A stretch of DNA of 64,000 nucleotides from Dehalococcoidia bacterium (GTDB lineage Bacteria; Chloroflexota; Dehalococcoidia; Lucifugimonadales; CAUZJF01): NCBI GenBank assembly GCA_965237635.1, contig CBDEFX010000002.1, positions 729,829 through 793,828 of the forward strand, read 5' to 3'. Below, one piece after another: positions 42,729 to 53,792 of this stretch (positions within the stretch are counted from its first letter, which is position 1; each line of letters starts with the position of its first letter). The notes beneath the pieces were generated by a model that worked only from the letters and a program-made list of their open reading frames with translations, searched no databases and was not told the origin of the DNA. Position numbers and translations under genes: made by a program.

Positions 42729-43044
42729 GCCCGAATCCACCGAAGGACACCGATGGACGGCGTGAGGAAAGCGGAAGGGGGGTGAGGGAGCTACAGGGGA
42801 AATAGCCTGGGTTCCATTTGGGGTAGGGAGGTCGGCGGACGGTCTTCATCGCCGCACAGGGGCCCCTATGGCCGTCTGCGGGAGCTGCGATGCGCGGGAT
42901 GGCGAGAGAATACGCAGCAGGGAACTCTCTCGGACCGGGCTGGCACGAGTCTGCGGGGATCTTCGGTTGTCCGGTGGGTGGGTGGGTCGGTCGCCGACGG
43001 TGCCGTCAGGCCGGGAGTGGAATGGCTCGCAGCCGGGCCAAGGC
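42729..43044 (-). mobile_element. IS1380 right-end fragment (316 bp)
   Basis: Matches variant A 3' end up to GGGCCAAGGC, then fused to the methyltransferase remnant. Confidence 0.88.
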
Positions 43045-43575
43045 ACAACGAATCCACGTCAAGGAACCTCAGAGTGCTGCGGCTCACCTGCGGTTGGCGC
43101 CAGCTCGAGTTTGTGAATGTGTAGCTGAAGCGAACCACGTCTCCTTCAATGGGGAGCTCGACCTCGCACTCCGCCCGAACAACCGCTCCGGTGCTGTCGG
43201 TAACCTGGGTTGTGTATTCCGTGGCCCAGCGCTCCCATTCGCGGACCAGAGGGTTGAGGGTCTCAAACGCGAAGCGGCCATCTTCCGTGAGAGCGGAACG
43301 GATCGCCACGAGTGCGGTCCGCAACTCATCGTCTTCAACGAACACCTGGAAGGCATGGCCGCTCATCACGATCAGGTCGAACTCGCGCTCCCAGGACACC
43401 GATGTGAGGTCGCCAAGAATCCACTCGATGTCCGAGCGTTTGCGCGCTTGCTCGAGCATCCCACGAGCCGGGTCAATTCCGTAGAGCCGACCTTGGTGAC
43501 TCTCCTCCCGGGCCCGATGAAGTAAAGCTCCGGTCCCGCAGCCGACATCGAGGACCGCCTCAGCGGACATGACCA
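43045..43575 (-). pseudogene. class I SAM-dependent methyltransferase fragment
   Basis: VLDVGCGTG, GIDPA..ML, FDLIVM, L...GRFAF; both termini lost. Confidence 0.8.
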
Positions 43576-44542
43576 ACGTGGAGGTACGCGTTTTGCTGGG
43601 GCAGGCCGGCTGTAAGCGGCTCCCAGTCTTTGCCGCCGGTCTGGCTACGGAAGACCCGGAAGCTCGCGTCGGCCACGTAGCGCAGCAAGCCCCCGGCGTC
43701 GTCAACCGTCGCGTTGTCCTCAGGTAGTACGTAGATCGTATCTGGGTCACGGGAATGGAGCCCGAGGACGAATCCAAACCGCGAAGGCAGGCCTCCGCTG
43801 ATGTCCTCCCATTCTTCTCCGCCGTTGTCGCTCCGAAAGACGCCACAGTGGTTTTGCTGGTACAGCAATTGCGGCCTCGATGAGTGCGCCAGCAGCTTGT
43901 GAGGGCACTGTCCGAACTCCGGAAAGGGCTCTGGCAGGAAGTCGGCGCGTACACCAGTGTTCTGTGTGTGCCAGGTCTCGCCCCCATCGTTGGTCACGAA
44001 CACCCCAACGGCCGAGATACCAACCCACATGCGGTCGGCGGACGAAGTATCCAGCACGATACTGTGGAGGCAAAGCCCCCCAAAACCTGGTACCCACTTT
44101 TCACGAGTCGGGTGGCCAGTAAGGGCTAAAACCTCGGACCAGGTTGCTCCGCTGTCTTCGCTGCGGAACAGCGAAGCGGGCTCCACCCCTGCGTAGACGA
44201 CGCCCGGCTCGCTATCTCGTCCAGGCTCGACGTGCCAGACCCGCTTAACAGTGGTGCCATTGGCGCTGTCGAACTTCGGCCCATCCTTCGAGTCCGTCCA
44301 GGTCGCTCCAAGGTCGCGGCTCATACGGATCTCGGGGCCCCATACGGGGCTGTTGATCGCGGCCAGTAGTGTGCCGCCATCCCGCGGGTCGTACGCGATG
44401 TGGAAGACATCGTGCCGGCGGCGTGTGGCTCTGAGACAGACCAGCTCTTGCGCGATTCGTCGCTGGACAGGATGAAGGCACCCTTACGAGTTCCCACTAG
44501 GACAAGGACATCGCCCTTCCTTGACCTTGCGGCCTGTGTCAT
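43576..44542 (-). pseudogene. BNR/sialidase-like beta-propeller protein, frameshift near 44412, 3'-truncated
   Basis: LVGTRKGAF, Asp-boxes SxDxGxTW, GGLCLHSI, QQNHCG. Confidence 0.8.
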
Positions 44543-45515
44543 TTTTCGTTCACCCCGACGAGTCGTCTTGAGTCCGGATATCTTATCACCAAATTGGCGG
44601 CTGCCACAGAACCGAGGGGGGAAGGGTTGCGGGTGTTCTATAAGGTCTCATCAGTAGGTTTCATGGTTATGACTACATTTCCCCTTTTGTGCCCCTTTTC
44701 AACGTAGCTATGAGCCTCGGCGACCTGTTCCAACGGATAGCATCTATCTATCGCCGATTTTATCTTCCCTGCCTCAATAAGCTCTTTCAGGAAAACCAGC
44801 TCTCCGGTCTTTTCGCTTGTTGAGGATTTAACGGAAAGATAGAGTCCATCCTTACTTTAGCGATCTCTTGCTCCGTGAAGACGAACTCTTGCCTACGGCG
44901 TCAAAAATAACATCATATGTGCGACCGCTTTTAGTGAAGTCCTCTTTGGTGTAATCAATTGCCTTGTCGGCTCCCAGAGAATTCACCAATTCTAAGTTCC
45001 TGGTGCTGCATACTCCGGTCACCTCCGCCCCGAAGTCCTTGGCAAGCTGTACAGCGAAAGTATCTACACTCCCAGAAGCTCCATAGATAAGGACCTTTTG
45101 TCCGGCCTGGATATTCCCCTTTCTAAGAATATGCAGTGCTGCCATTCCCCCAACGGGCACGGCGGTGGCTTCCTCGTGGGTCATATTGGCCGGCTTTATT
45201 GCCATCGCCCCAGCCGCCCATTCTTCAGGCACACATACGTACTCGGCATTCGCACCATAACTCAGTCCGGTGGTAGTCCCAAAAACTTGGTCACCTTTCT
45301 TGAATAGCTTTACATTCTTGCCCACTAATTCAATTTCACCGGCGAACTCATGCCCCGGTATCTTCTTTCTTTTGAGACCCATAAACACTCGCAAGGGGAG
45401 CCAGAACAACAGAGGGAGCCTACGAAGTATCACGTTCCCTACAGTTACTGTTGCCGCGAGTACTCTTACCTGTACTTCGTTGTCCTTTGGAGTAGGTTTA
45501 AGGTGGACCCCATTA

Positions 45516-46451
45516 TTAAGACAGCACGAGGGCTAAATTAAGAGAGTCTCCCACCCCTGCGCTAGGTTTCACCAAGCCCGATGGCAGCCCTGCTTCTTCA
45601 GCTGCTGCTCCCCTTTCTTCCTGGCCATGTTGGTACACCTCTGCTGGGGTCCGGTAGCCCAAAGCCTGGTGAGGCCTCTGCCGGTTGTAGAACTCCAGGT
45701 AGGCATTGATCCCAGTTCGGGCCTCGGCGACGGTCTGGTAAGCTTTCAGATACACCTCCTCGTACTTGATGCTCCGCCACAGCCGCTCCACGAAGATGTT
45801 GTCCAGGTACCTACCCTTACCATCCATGCTGACCTGGACCCTCTGCTCCTGCAACGTCTGGGTAAAGGCCTCACTGGTGAACTGACTCCCCTGGTCGGTG
45901 TTGAATATCTCCGGTCGTCCCTTACCCAGGGCTTCCTCCAACGCCGCCACGCAGAAGCTGGTGTCCATGGTGTTGGAGAGCTTCCAGGCCAGCACGTGCC
46001 GGCTGTGCCAGTCCATGATGGCCACCAGGTACAGGAAGCCCTTCGGCATGGGGATGTAGGTGATGTCCGCGGCCCAGACCTGGTCGACCCGATTAACCTC
46101 CACTCCCTTCAGCAGATAGGGAAAGATCCGGTGTCCCGGCGCTGGTTTGCTGGTGTTGGGACGCCGGTAGATGGCTTCCAGACCCATCAACCGCATCAGC
46201 CTTCGAACCCTTTTTCGGCTCACCAGATAGCCCTGTTGCAGCAGCCAGGCCTTCATCTTCCTGGAGCCGTAGAAGGGGGTCTTCAAATACTGACGGTCCA
46301 TCAGGGCCATCAACTCCAGGTCTTCTGCCCTGGTCGGTACCGACCGGTAGTACACCGAGGCCCGGCTGACGTCCAGCAGGATACATTGACGCACCAAAGA
46401 CAGCTGCTGGTGGTCTCGGTCTATCATGGCTCGCCGTATGCTGCGACTCAT
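45516..46451 (-). CDS. IS3-family transposase OrfB
   Basis: Near-identical to 11443..12378. Confidence 0.94.
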   Translation of the reverse strand: MSRSIRRAMIDRDHQQLSLVRQCILLDVSRASVYYRSVPTRAEDLELMALMDRQYLKTPFYGSRKMKAWLLQQGYLVSRKRVRRLMRLMGLEAIYRRPNTSKPAPGHRIFPYLLKGVEVNRVDQVWAADITYIPMPKGFLYLVAIMDWHSRHVLAWKLSNTMDTSFCVAALEEALGKGRPEIFNTDQGSQFTSEAFTQTLQEQRVQVSMDGKGRYLDNIFVERLWRSIKYEEVYLKAYQTVAEARTGINAYLEFYNRQRPHQALGYRTPAEVYQHGQEERGAAAEEAGLPSGLVKPSAGVGDSLNLALVLS

Positions 46452-46747
46452 AGACCGGACCTTTCCGACAAAAAATCGCGTTCCACCTTCAGCTGGCCGA
46501 TGTGCCGGTAGAGGTGGTTAATCTGAGCTTCCTTGGCTTTCTCCTGGGATTTCTGATTGGTGGCAAATAGCTCCGGGGCTCCTTCCGCCAGGGCCCTTTT
46601 CCAGGCGTGAATCTGACTGGGATGGACCTCAAATCGGCTGGCCAGCTGGGCGATGGTCTCTTCCCCCGCAAGGGCGGCCAAGGCCACCTTGGCCTTGAAC
46701 GCCGGACTGTGCTTATTCCTCGTCTGCTTCATGTCCTGCTCCTCCAC
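46448..46747 (-). CDS. IS3-family transposase OrfA
   Basis: Same protein as 12375..12674. Confidence 0.92.
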   Translation of the reverse strand: MEEQDMKQTRNKHSPAFKAKVALAALAGEETIAQLASRFEVHPSQIHAWKRALAEGAPELFATNQKSQEKAKEAQINHLYRHIGQLKVERDFLSERSGL

Positions 46748-47092
46748 GTCGGTTAGTTGCCGGTTATTTTAGGAGCTGGACTCTCTCTTAGCCAGTTGTC
46801 TAGTTTTTGGGTACCACCTCAGTTTTTCCACCTCTTTGAGATGAAGAACGTCGGGTGGTTCGCTTTTTGTGCTTACAATCGCTTTCATAAGTATTCCTCC
46901 CGGGCTGCTTTGGTCCGGTCTTCTTTCATGGGAACAGCTTACAGCCGATGGTCATCCGTCGAATCATTCGAAAGGTGCAGCCGGGGGTGTAACTGTGGGG
47001 GTGCAGTGGGAGATGAGTTGAGACGGAGTGATATCAGGAGACGGAGATGTGCACCGCCAGGCCTGACGCACTCGATAGGTGAAGTCGGACTC

Positions 47093-49927
47093 TCAGAGCA
47101 GGTTCAGCTCGTTTGCCCTGGCAATGGCTTCGGTCCGGTGGCCTGCGCCCAGCTTGCCATAGGCGTTCGCGATGTGACGCTTGACAGTGGCCAAGCTGAT
47201 AAACAGATGATCAGCGACCTCTTGGTTCCTCATTCCGTCCGCTACAAGGCGCAGGACCTCGACCTCCCGTCCTGTTGGCGGCTCGGCGAGACCCGTTGAG
47301 GTGGCCTTGACTCTGCGGGGCGCGGGCTGAACAGGCTTGTCGAACGCCGACAGCAGTCGTCGGGCGTAGGAGCTCGCTATGTCGCCAGCAGCGGCGTGGC
47401 GAAGGAGGTTGTGTATGGGGTCCCCCTCGTCCACGAAGATTCGGACGTAGCCCTCCGGCTCGGCCAGGGTCAGCGCACGTTCCAGCGGCACCAGACCAAA
47501 GGGTATGTCGCCCCGAGCCTCGTGGGCGAGCGCCTGCATTACCAGGATTTCGATCACGCTCCCCGTCCTCTCCCATTGTTCCGCCGCTTCTAGGAGGCGC
47601 TCCAACAGTCCGATTGCCTCATCGATGGAGCGGTCGTCCCGTTCGCTCCTATACCGGGCTATGAGTACCCTCGCCAGGGTAGTGTGCTCGAACTCGCGCA
47701 CGTAGCTGAGGTCGTCGTCAACGGACAGGTCCCGCTCCCGCACCCAGCCCGTGGCTTCGGCCAGCCTGCCTTGCGCAACCCACACCTGGGTCTTCAACGC
47801 CCCAATGGGGCGCACGTCGGGGTCGGGGCCCCCGATATACTGGCGCTCCGCCTCTTCGAGCAGGTCGAGAGTGCCGTCCAAGTCTCCTTCGGCCTCTTTC
47901 ATTCGTGCCATAGAAACGTACCATCGATGCCGGTATTCCGGTAACCCGGCGTACTCGCCCAGCTCCTTGCTTGTCAGCAAGTGCCGTGTGGCGGCTTCCA
48001 GATCGTTCTGCTCGCGGCGCAGTTCGCTCAACCCAACGTGTAGGTCCGCGGTTGCCAGGCGTATTTGTTCGTCCTCACCCTCGGCGAGTTGCAATGACTG
48101 CTCATATGTGCTTAGTGCGTCGCGGAGACGGCCTTGCGCCGTCCTGATGTTAGCCAGGACGGGGGTGCCCATGATCTGGAAACGGACTTCGCCGGCCGTC
48201 TGCAAAGTAGCCATGCCGTCTGCAAAGGTCCGGTGAGCCGCCTCTAGCTCTCCGGCAGTCCAGTACGCGATCCCCAGGAGACCAGCTCCAACTCCACGCC
48301 ACAAGTAGGCACCCTCAGGCAAGACGCCGAGTGTCTGACGGGCATATTTCACGATCCCTGGCACATCGCCGACAGCACCCGCTTGATAGGCCCGGGTGAT
48401 GGCTATCGATCCAGGCAGAGACCGAAAACCCTCCTCGTCCACGACTACCATCTCGGTCGATGGGGCTTCCGGTCGTTCACCCTTGTCCACCGGACTATCG
48501 AGCCACCGTTCGGCGTCACGAAGGCGGGCCTCGGCGGCCTCAAACCCCACCCCACTGAGCGAGGCAAAGGCATAGTACACGCTGAGCACGGGTCTGACGC
48601 GGACCACCTCGTCCGGCAGCGCCTTTAACCATTCAAACAGCATGGGCTCCTGGCGACCGCCGAGCATGTCTCTTGCTGCCAGCTCGACCAGACTCGCCGC
48701 TCGTTCGAAGTCCTCGGAGGCGAGAGCGTGGCGGACGACGTCAGCCCGCATCCCGTTGTGGTCGTACCACTCGCTCGCCCGCCGATGCCGGACAGGTACC
48801 TGTTCGGGCTGCTCCTCCATCGAATGCGCCTGGAGAACGTCTGCAAAGAGGTGGTGATAGCGATACCACTGGCGCTTGTCGTCCAGCGGCACGACGAACA
48901 AGTTGCCTCGCTCCAGGGCCTCCAGTACCTCTTTGCCATCTTCCCGGTTGGTAACCGCATCGCACAGTGGACCGCTCAGCCGGTCGAGAATCGAGGTCTG
49001 CAGTAAGAAGCTCCGAACGTGTTCGGGCTGACGCTGCAGGACCTCTTCGACCAGATAGTCCACGATGTATCGGTCGTCGCCGGCGAAAGCTTCTACGAAC
49101 CCGGATACATCCTCCCGCCCCTGCATCGAGAGCGCCGCTAGCTGGAGCCCGGCAATCCAGCCTTCGGTCCGGGCCTCCAGAGCTTCCACGTCACCCGCCG
49201 GCAGGCCAAAGCCCATAGACTGGCTGAGGAAGGCGGACGCCTCGTCGGATGTGAAGCTGAGGTCGGAGGCCCTTAGCTCGATCAGCTCACCGCGACCTCG
49301 GAGGCGACTCAGCGGCAACGGCGGATCGGCGCGACTGGCGATGACAAGATTCATCTGAGGCGGCAGGTGGTCGAGAAGAAAGGTAATCCCATCATGGACG
49401 GGCTGGGCGTCGATGAGGTGGTAGTCGTCGAGCACTACCACAAAGCCATGCCCTGAGCTCCGGCTGGAGTCGCCCCGATGCCGCATCGGGGGACCCGTCG
49501 AAGGGTCACGCAAAGTCGTGCTGACCTTGTTGAGTAGGGCACCCAGGGACACCTCGATCGGTGGTGGCTGAGGGGAATGCAGCAGAGAGAGAGCTCGCTC
49601 GCCGACTCCGGGCCGTATCGTCCGAAGTGCGGCGATGAAGTAGGCCCAGAAAAGCGCGGGGTCGTTGTCGCTTTGATCAAGCGAGACCCATGATATTTGT
49701 AGGGGCACGGCATGCCGTGCCCCTACGGAATGGACCCATTCAGCTAGCGCTGTTGTCTTGCCGCAACCCGCTGGCGCGGAGACGAGGGTCAGCTTGCGTT
49801 CGCCCCCCCGGTCTAGGTGTTCGATCAGGCGCGCACGCGGTATTAGACCGGTACGCCACTTGGGGATGTAGAGCTTGGTCTCGAGTAGCGGGCTCGTAGC
49901 GATCGTCTGTTCTGCCGAATCAACCAT
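47093..49927 (-). CDS. MalT-like LuxR STAND regulator, full length
   Basis: P-loop APAGCGKT, LDDYH, EGW, TPR-like region, LuxR HTH (REVEVL..G.RNQEVA..LFISLATVKRH..YGKLG). Confidence 0.93.
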   Translation of the reverse strand: MVDSAEQTIATSPLLETKLYIPKWRTGLIPRARLIEHLDRGGERKLTLVSAPAGCGKTTALAEWVHSVGARHAVPLQISWVSLDQSDNDPALFWAYFIAALRTIRPGVGERALSLLHSPQPPPIEVSLGALLNKVSTTLRDPSTGPPMRHRGDSSRSSGHGFVVVLDDYHLIDAQPVHDGITFLLDHLPPQMNLVIASRADPPLPLSRLRGRGELIELRASDLSFTSDEASAFLSQSMGFGLPAGDVEALEARTEGWIAGLQLAALSMQGREDVSGFVEAFAGDDRYIVDYLVEEVLQRQPEHVRSFLLQTSILDRLSGPLCDAVTNREDGKEVLEALERGNLFVVPLDDKRQWYRYHHLFADVLQAHSMEEQPEQVPVRHRRASEWYDHNGMRADVVRHALASEDFERAASLVELAARDMLGGRQEPMLFEWLKALPDEVVRVRPVLSVYYAFASLSGVGFEAAEARLRDAERWLDSPVDKGERPEAPSTEMVVVDEEGFRSLPGSIAITRAYQAGAVGDVPGIVKYARQTLGVLPEGAYLWRGVGAGLLGIAYWTAGELEAAHRTFADGMATLQTAGEVRFQIMGTPVLANIRTAQGRLRDALSTYEQSLQLAEGEDEQIRLATADLHVGLSELRREQNDLEAATRHLLTSKELGEYAGLPEYRHRWYVSMARMKEAEGDLDGTLDLLEEAERQYIGGPDPDVRPIGALKTQVWVAQGRLAEATGWVRERDLSVDDDLSYVREFEHTTLARVLIARYRSERDDRSIDEAIGLLERLLEAAEQWERTGSVIEILVMQALAHEARGDIPFGLVPLERALTLAEPEGYVRIFVDEGDPIHNLLRHAAAGDIASSYARRLLSAFDKPVQPAPRRVKATSTGLAEPPTGREVEVLRLVADGMRNQEVADHLFISLATVKRHIANAYGKLGAGHRTEAIARANELNLL
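49445..49505 (-). repeat. in-frame REP-like insertion
   Basis: CCCTTCGAC..CCCCGATGCGGCATCGGGG..AGCTCAGG; core shared with 22197-22281. Confidence 0.65.
49699..49726. repeat. perfect 28-bp GTAG-type REP-like palindrome inside a CDS
   Basis: GTAGGGGCACGGCATGCCGTGCCCCTAC; reads VGARHAVPL on both strands; absent from the paralog. Confidence 0.85.
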
Positions 49928-50096
49928 GGGCGAATTATACGCCAGGTGCACTCGTCAGGTGAGCACTGGTACCTCACTCCTGGAGCTAGCACCTCTTTCA
50001 GACTCTCGAGTCCACGAATGTCATGAAAGTAGTACCATAGCGAACCGCGAGTAAGTGTCGCGGGAATAGTTCTTGGGCGCACAGGAGATAGGACTG

Positions 50097-50852
50097 ATGA
50101 CCTCAAAGGGGCAGGTAGCTATCGTAACTGGCGGGGGGTCTGGGATCGGCAAGCATTCGGCGCTAGCCTTGCTGCGAAGCGGCTACTCCGTCGCCATCGC
50201 GGGTCGCCGGCCGGAGCCTCTGGAGGAGACTGTGCAGGAGGCAGGAGCCAAGGACCGGACTCTGGCCGTCCCAACGGATGTCGGCGACCCTAAATCTGTT
50301 AAGGCGTTGTTTGCCAAGACTGTGGAAGCGTTCGGCCGGCTCGACGTGCTATTCAACAATGCGGGCCGTCCCGCGCCGCGGGGGCATCTAGAAGACCTGA
50401 CCTACGAGCAGTGGCAGGCGGTGGTCGACGCCAACCTGACCGGGCCCTTCCTGTGCACGCAGGAAGCGTTCAAGATCATGAAAGCGCAGACTCCCATGGG
50501 TGGACGGATCATCAACAACGGCTCCATATCGGCTCACGTGCCGCGACCCGACTCGGCCCCGTACACGGCCACCAAACATGGGATCACTGGCCTCACCAGG
50601 TCGACCTCGCTGGACGGCCGAAAGTACAACATCGCCTGTGGCCAGATCGATATCGGTAATACGGCGACAGATTTGGCGGCTCCAATCTCCGCCGGCGCCC
50701 CGCAGGCCGATGGCTCTATCATGGCAGAGCCGACCTTCGATGTGGACCGCGTCGCCGAAACGATAGTCCATATGGCGGACCTGCCTCTGGACGCCAATGT
50801 ACAGTTCGTCACGATCATGGCGACCAAGATGCCCTACATAGGCCGAGGGTAG
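50097..50852 (+). CDS. SDR-family oxidoreductase
   Basis: [24 protein letters not shown]. Confidence 0.93.
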   Translation: MTSKGQVAIVTGGGSGIGKHSALALLRSGYSVAIAGRRPEPLEETVQEAGAKDRTLAVPTDVGDPKSVKALFAKTVEAFGRLDVLFNNAGRPAPRGHLEDLTYEQWQAVVDANLTGPFLCTQEAFKIMKAQTPMGGRIINNGSISAHVPRPDSAPYTATKHGITGLTRSTSLDGRKYNIACGQIDIGNTATDLAAPISAGAPQADGSIMAEPTFDVDRVAETIVHMADLPLDANVQFVTIMATKMPYIGRG

Positions 50853-50940
50853 CTCGGGCCAGCCGGCGTCCTCGGTCCCTTCTCAAACGCTATTGACACG
50901 GAAGGCCGAAGCTTGAGCGCCGACCTCTAGCTGTGGATAT

Positions 50941-52520
50941 CTAGTCGTCCTCGCCGCTGATGGGAACGGGGTCCAAGGCGGCGCCGGCTGGAGCGGGGTC
51001 GGTCGCGACGACCGTGTCGTCGCCAATGTCACGCGCCGGCAGGAATCGGATCGTCAATAGGGCGCCGACGAAGCCGATGGTGCCCATGATCACGAACACT
51101 ATGCCGGTGGCGTCGACGAACGAGCTGTTGGCGGCCTGCACGAGACTTCCCGCGCCCGCTTCGCCTAGATCGGCCGCTACTTGAAACGCACCGCCGACAG
51201 AGTTCTTGGCCAGCGAGGCGGCCTCTGCGGGTAGGTCGGCGATCGCCGAGGTCACGTTGGATGAGTAGAGCGAGTTGAAGATCGACCCGAAGATGCCGAC
51301 CCCAAGTGCTCCGCCGACCTGACGAGTGGTGTCGTTAAGTGCGGAGCCCACGCCCGCGTGCGACTCGGGCAGAGCTGCCATCACGGCATCGGTCGCCGGG
51401 GCCATAGTGTTGGCGCCTCCGATCCCGAAAAGGAGTAGCAGGCTGCCCACGACCCAGTAGGCGGTCGTGGTATCAAGCATCGCCACCGAGCCCACCGAGC
51501 CTGCGATAATCAGTAGTCCGCCGGCCACCGTCCATTTGGCTCCAAGGAGCGATACGAGCCTGGCACTGACAGGCGCGCCGAGCATGAACCCGAATGCCAT
51601 GGGCACCAGTCTAATGCCTGTGTCTAGCGGCGAATATCCCTGGACGAACTGTAAGTACTGGGTCAGTAAGAACATCGTGCCCAGCATGAGCATGAACGCG
51701 ATGCCTATCGAGCCCGCGCTGGCCGAGAGCCGGCTGTTTGCGAAGTAACGCACGTCCAACATCGGCTCCTTCGTGCGAAGCTCGTAGAGCACGAACACCA
51801 CCCCAAGGACGCCGGTCAACGCGAACCCCGCCAGTGTCAGAGGCGCGGCCCATCCTCGTTCGGGCGCTTCGATGATGGTGTAGATGAGTGCCGCCAGCCC
51901 GAGCATCGATATCGCCGCGCCGGGGATGTCTATGCGGCGTGCCTCGGGGTCGCGGCTCTCGGGTACGAACACCCAGCCGCCGACCAGCGCGACGATGACG
52001 ACGGGGACGTTAATTAGGAAGGCTGTGCCCCACCAGAAGTTCTCGAGAAGCCATCCGCCGACGATCATACCCAGCGGGATCCCGAGGGCGGCAACGCCCG
52101 CCCAGATCCCGATGGCCTTGGCCCTTTCCTCCCGTGGAAACACGTCCACGATTACCGACAGGGTGGACGGCATGATCATGGCGCCGCCGATGCCCTGCGC
52201 CGCGCGAGCGGCTATCAGCTGGCCGGTGGTCTGCGAGTAGGCGGCGGCCAGGCTCGCCAGTCCGAAGACCACTAGGCCGGCCTGGAGCGCGCGCAGCCTG
52301 CCGAACCGGTCACCAAGCGAGCCCATCGTCAGGAGCAGCCCGGCGAAAACGAGTATGTACGCGTTTATGATCCATTGAAGCCCCGAGGCCGACGCGCCTA
52401 GCTCTCGTTGAAGTGTTGGAATGGCCACGTTGAGGACCGTGACGTCGAGAGCGATTACGATCAGACTGATCGATAGGACCACCAGGGTCAGGTAGCGACG
52501 TCTGTGCTTCTTCTCGTCAG
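50941..52520 (-). CDS. DHA2 MFS transporter; native start and promoter displaced by IS256
   Basis: LDVTVLNVAIP, GDRFGR, DTTRQVGGALG; the ORF track start (TTG 52533) lies inside the IS TIR. Confidence 0.85.
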
Positions 52521-53792
52521 GAGGTATCCTCAAAAAGTGTGTAAACGGTCAGGCGGTGTACCCTCTCTCTGAACAACACGGGCTCAAGGCCCAAGAGAGG
52601 AGATACACCGCCTATGGGAAAGAGAAGCACTAGGAGCAGGTCGGAGTCAAGGCCGGAGTGGGAGCAGTTGGAGGATTGGGTGCGAGGCCATGCCCAGCGG
52701 CTGATCCAGGAGTTGCTGGAGGAAGAGGTGACGGAGTTTCTAGGAAGGGCGAAGTCGGCCCGCAGGTCTGAGTCGGACAACGAGAGAGGCTATAGGAACG
52801 GATACGGCAAACCCCGAAGGCTTACGCTGAGTTCGGGAACGGTACAGCTGAGGAGGCCGCGAGTCCGCAACACCGAAGAGGAGTTCGAGAGCCGGCTGCT
52901 GCCGCTGTTCGTCAACAGGACCAGGAAGGTTGCTGAGTTGACCCCCCAGTTGTACCTACATGGCCTTTCCGAAGGTGACTTCGACCTGGCGGTGCGGGGA
53001 CTGCTGGGAGAAGAGGCACCGATATCGGCGAGCACGGTAGCCCGGTTGAAGGATAAGTGGAACGATGAGCTTGCCCAATGGCGCGCTAGGCCCCTGGATG
53101 ACCTGGAAGTGGTGTACATGTGGGTGGATGGAGTCTACGTCAAGGCCGGTCTTGAGCGGGAGAAGGCGGCGATCCTGGTGGTGATGGCGGCCCTGAGCGA
53201 CGGAAAGAAGGTGGTGGTGAGCGCGATTCCCGGATACAGGGAGTCCATAGAGAGCTGGTCCGATGTGCTCAGGGACATGAGGCGCCGCGGGCTGGAGTGC
53301 CCAAGACTGGTAATTGGAGACGGACATCTGGGCATCTGGGGAGCTCTGCGCAACGTCTATCCTCAGGCGGCCGAGCAACGCTGCTGGAACCACAAGATCC
53401 TAAACGTGCTCGCCAAGCTTCCAAAGCGACAACAGGACCAGGCCAAGCTCATGCTGCGTACTATCCCCTACGCGCCGACTCGGACAGAGGCTGAGCGGCT
53501 CAGGACGGTGTTCACCAGGTGGTGCGGCGACCATTCCTACGAGGCGGCCTCAGAGGCCTTGGAGCGGGACTGGGACCGCATGGTCACCTTCTATGACTTC
53601 CCAAAGGAGCACTGGGGGCACCTTCGCACGACGAACCCGGTAGAATCACCCTTCGCGGCCCTCAGGCTTCGGACCGATGCCGCCAAGCGCTACAAGAGGG
53701 TCGATCGGGCGATAGCGGTGATCTGGAAGATGTTGATGGTCGCCGAACAGCGCTTCAGGCGTCTGAAGGCCCCTGAGTTGATCGAAGACGTC
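52521..53792 (+). mobile_element. IS256-family element (type A) lacking its last 96 bp; transposase from 52614
   Basis: Matches 10126-8855 up to GAAGACGTC, then ICE sequence begins. Confidence 0.92.

Larger units (their letters stand above)
45499..46821 (-). mobile_element. IS3-family element (copy 2), 3-bp TSD GTT
   Basis: Same ends and length as 11426-12748. Confidence 0.94.
44652..46888 (-). pseudogene. MDR-family NAD(P)-dependent alcohol dehydrogenase/quinone reductase split by IS3, with nonsense at 44852
   Basis: Reconstructed [19 protein letters not shown]; GHEFAG, YGASGSV, IDYT, YPLEQ. Confidence 0.88.
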
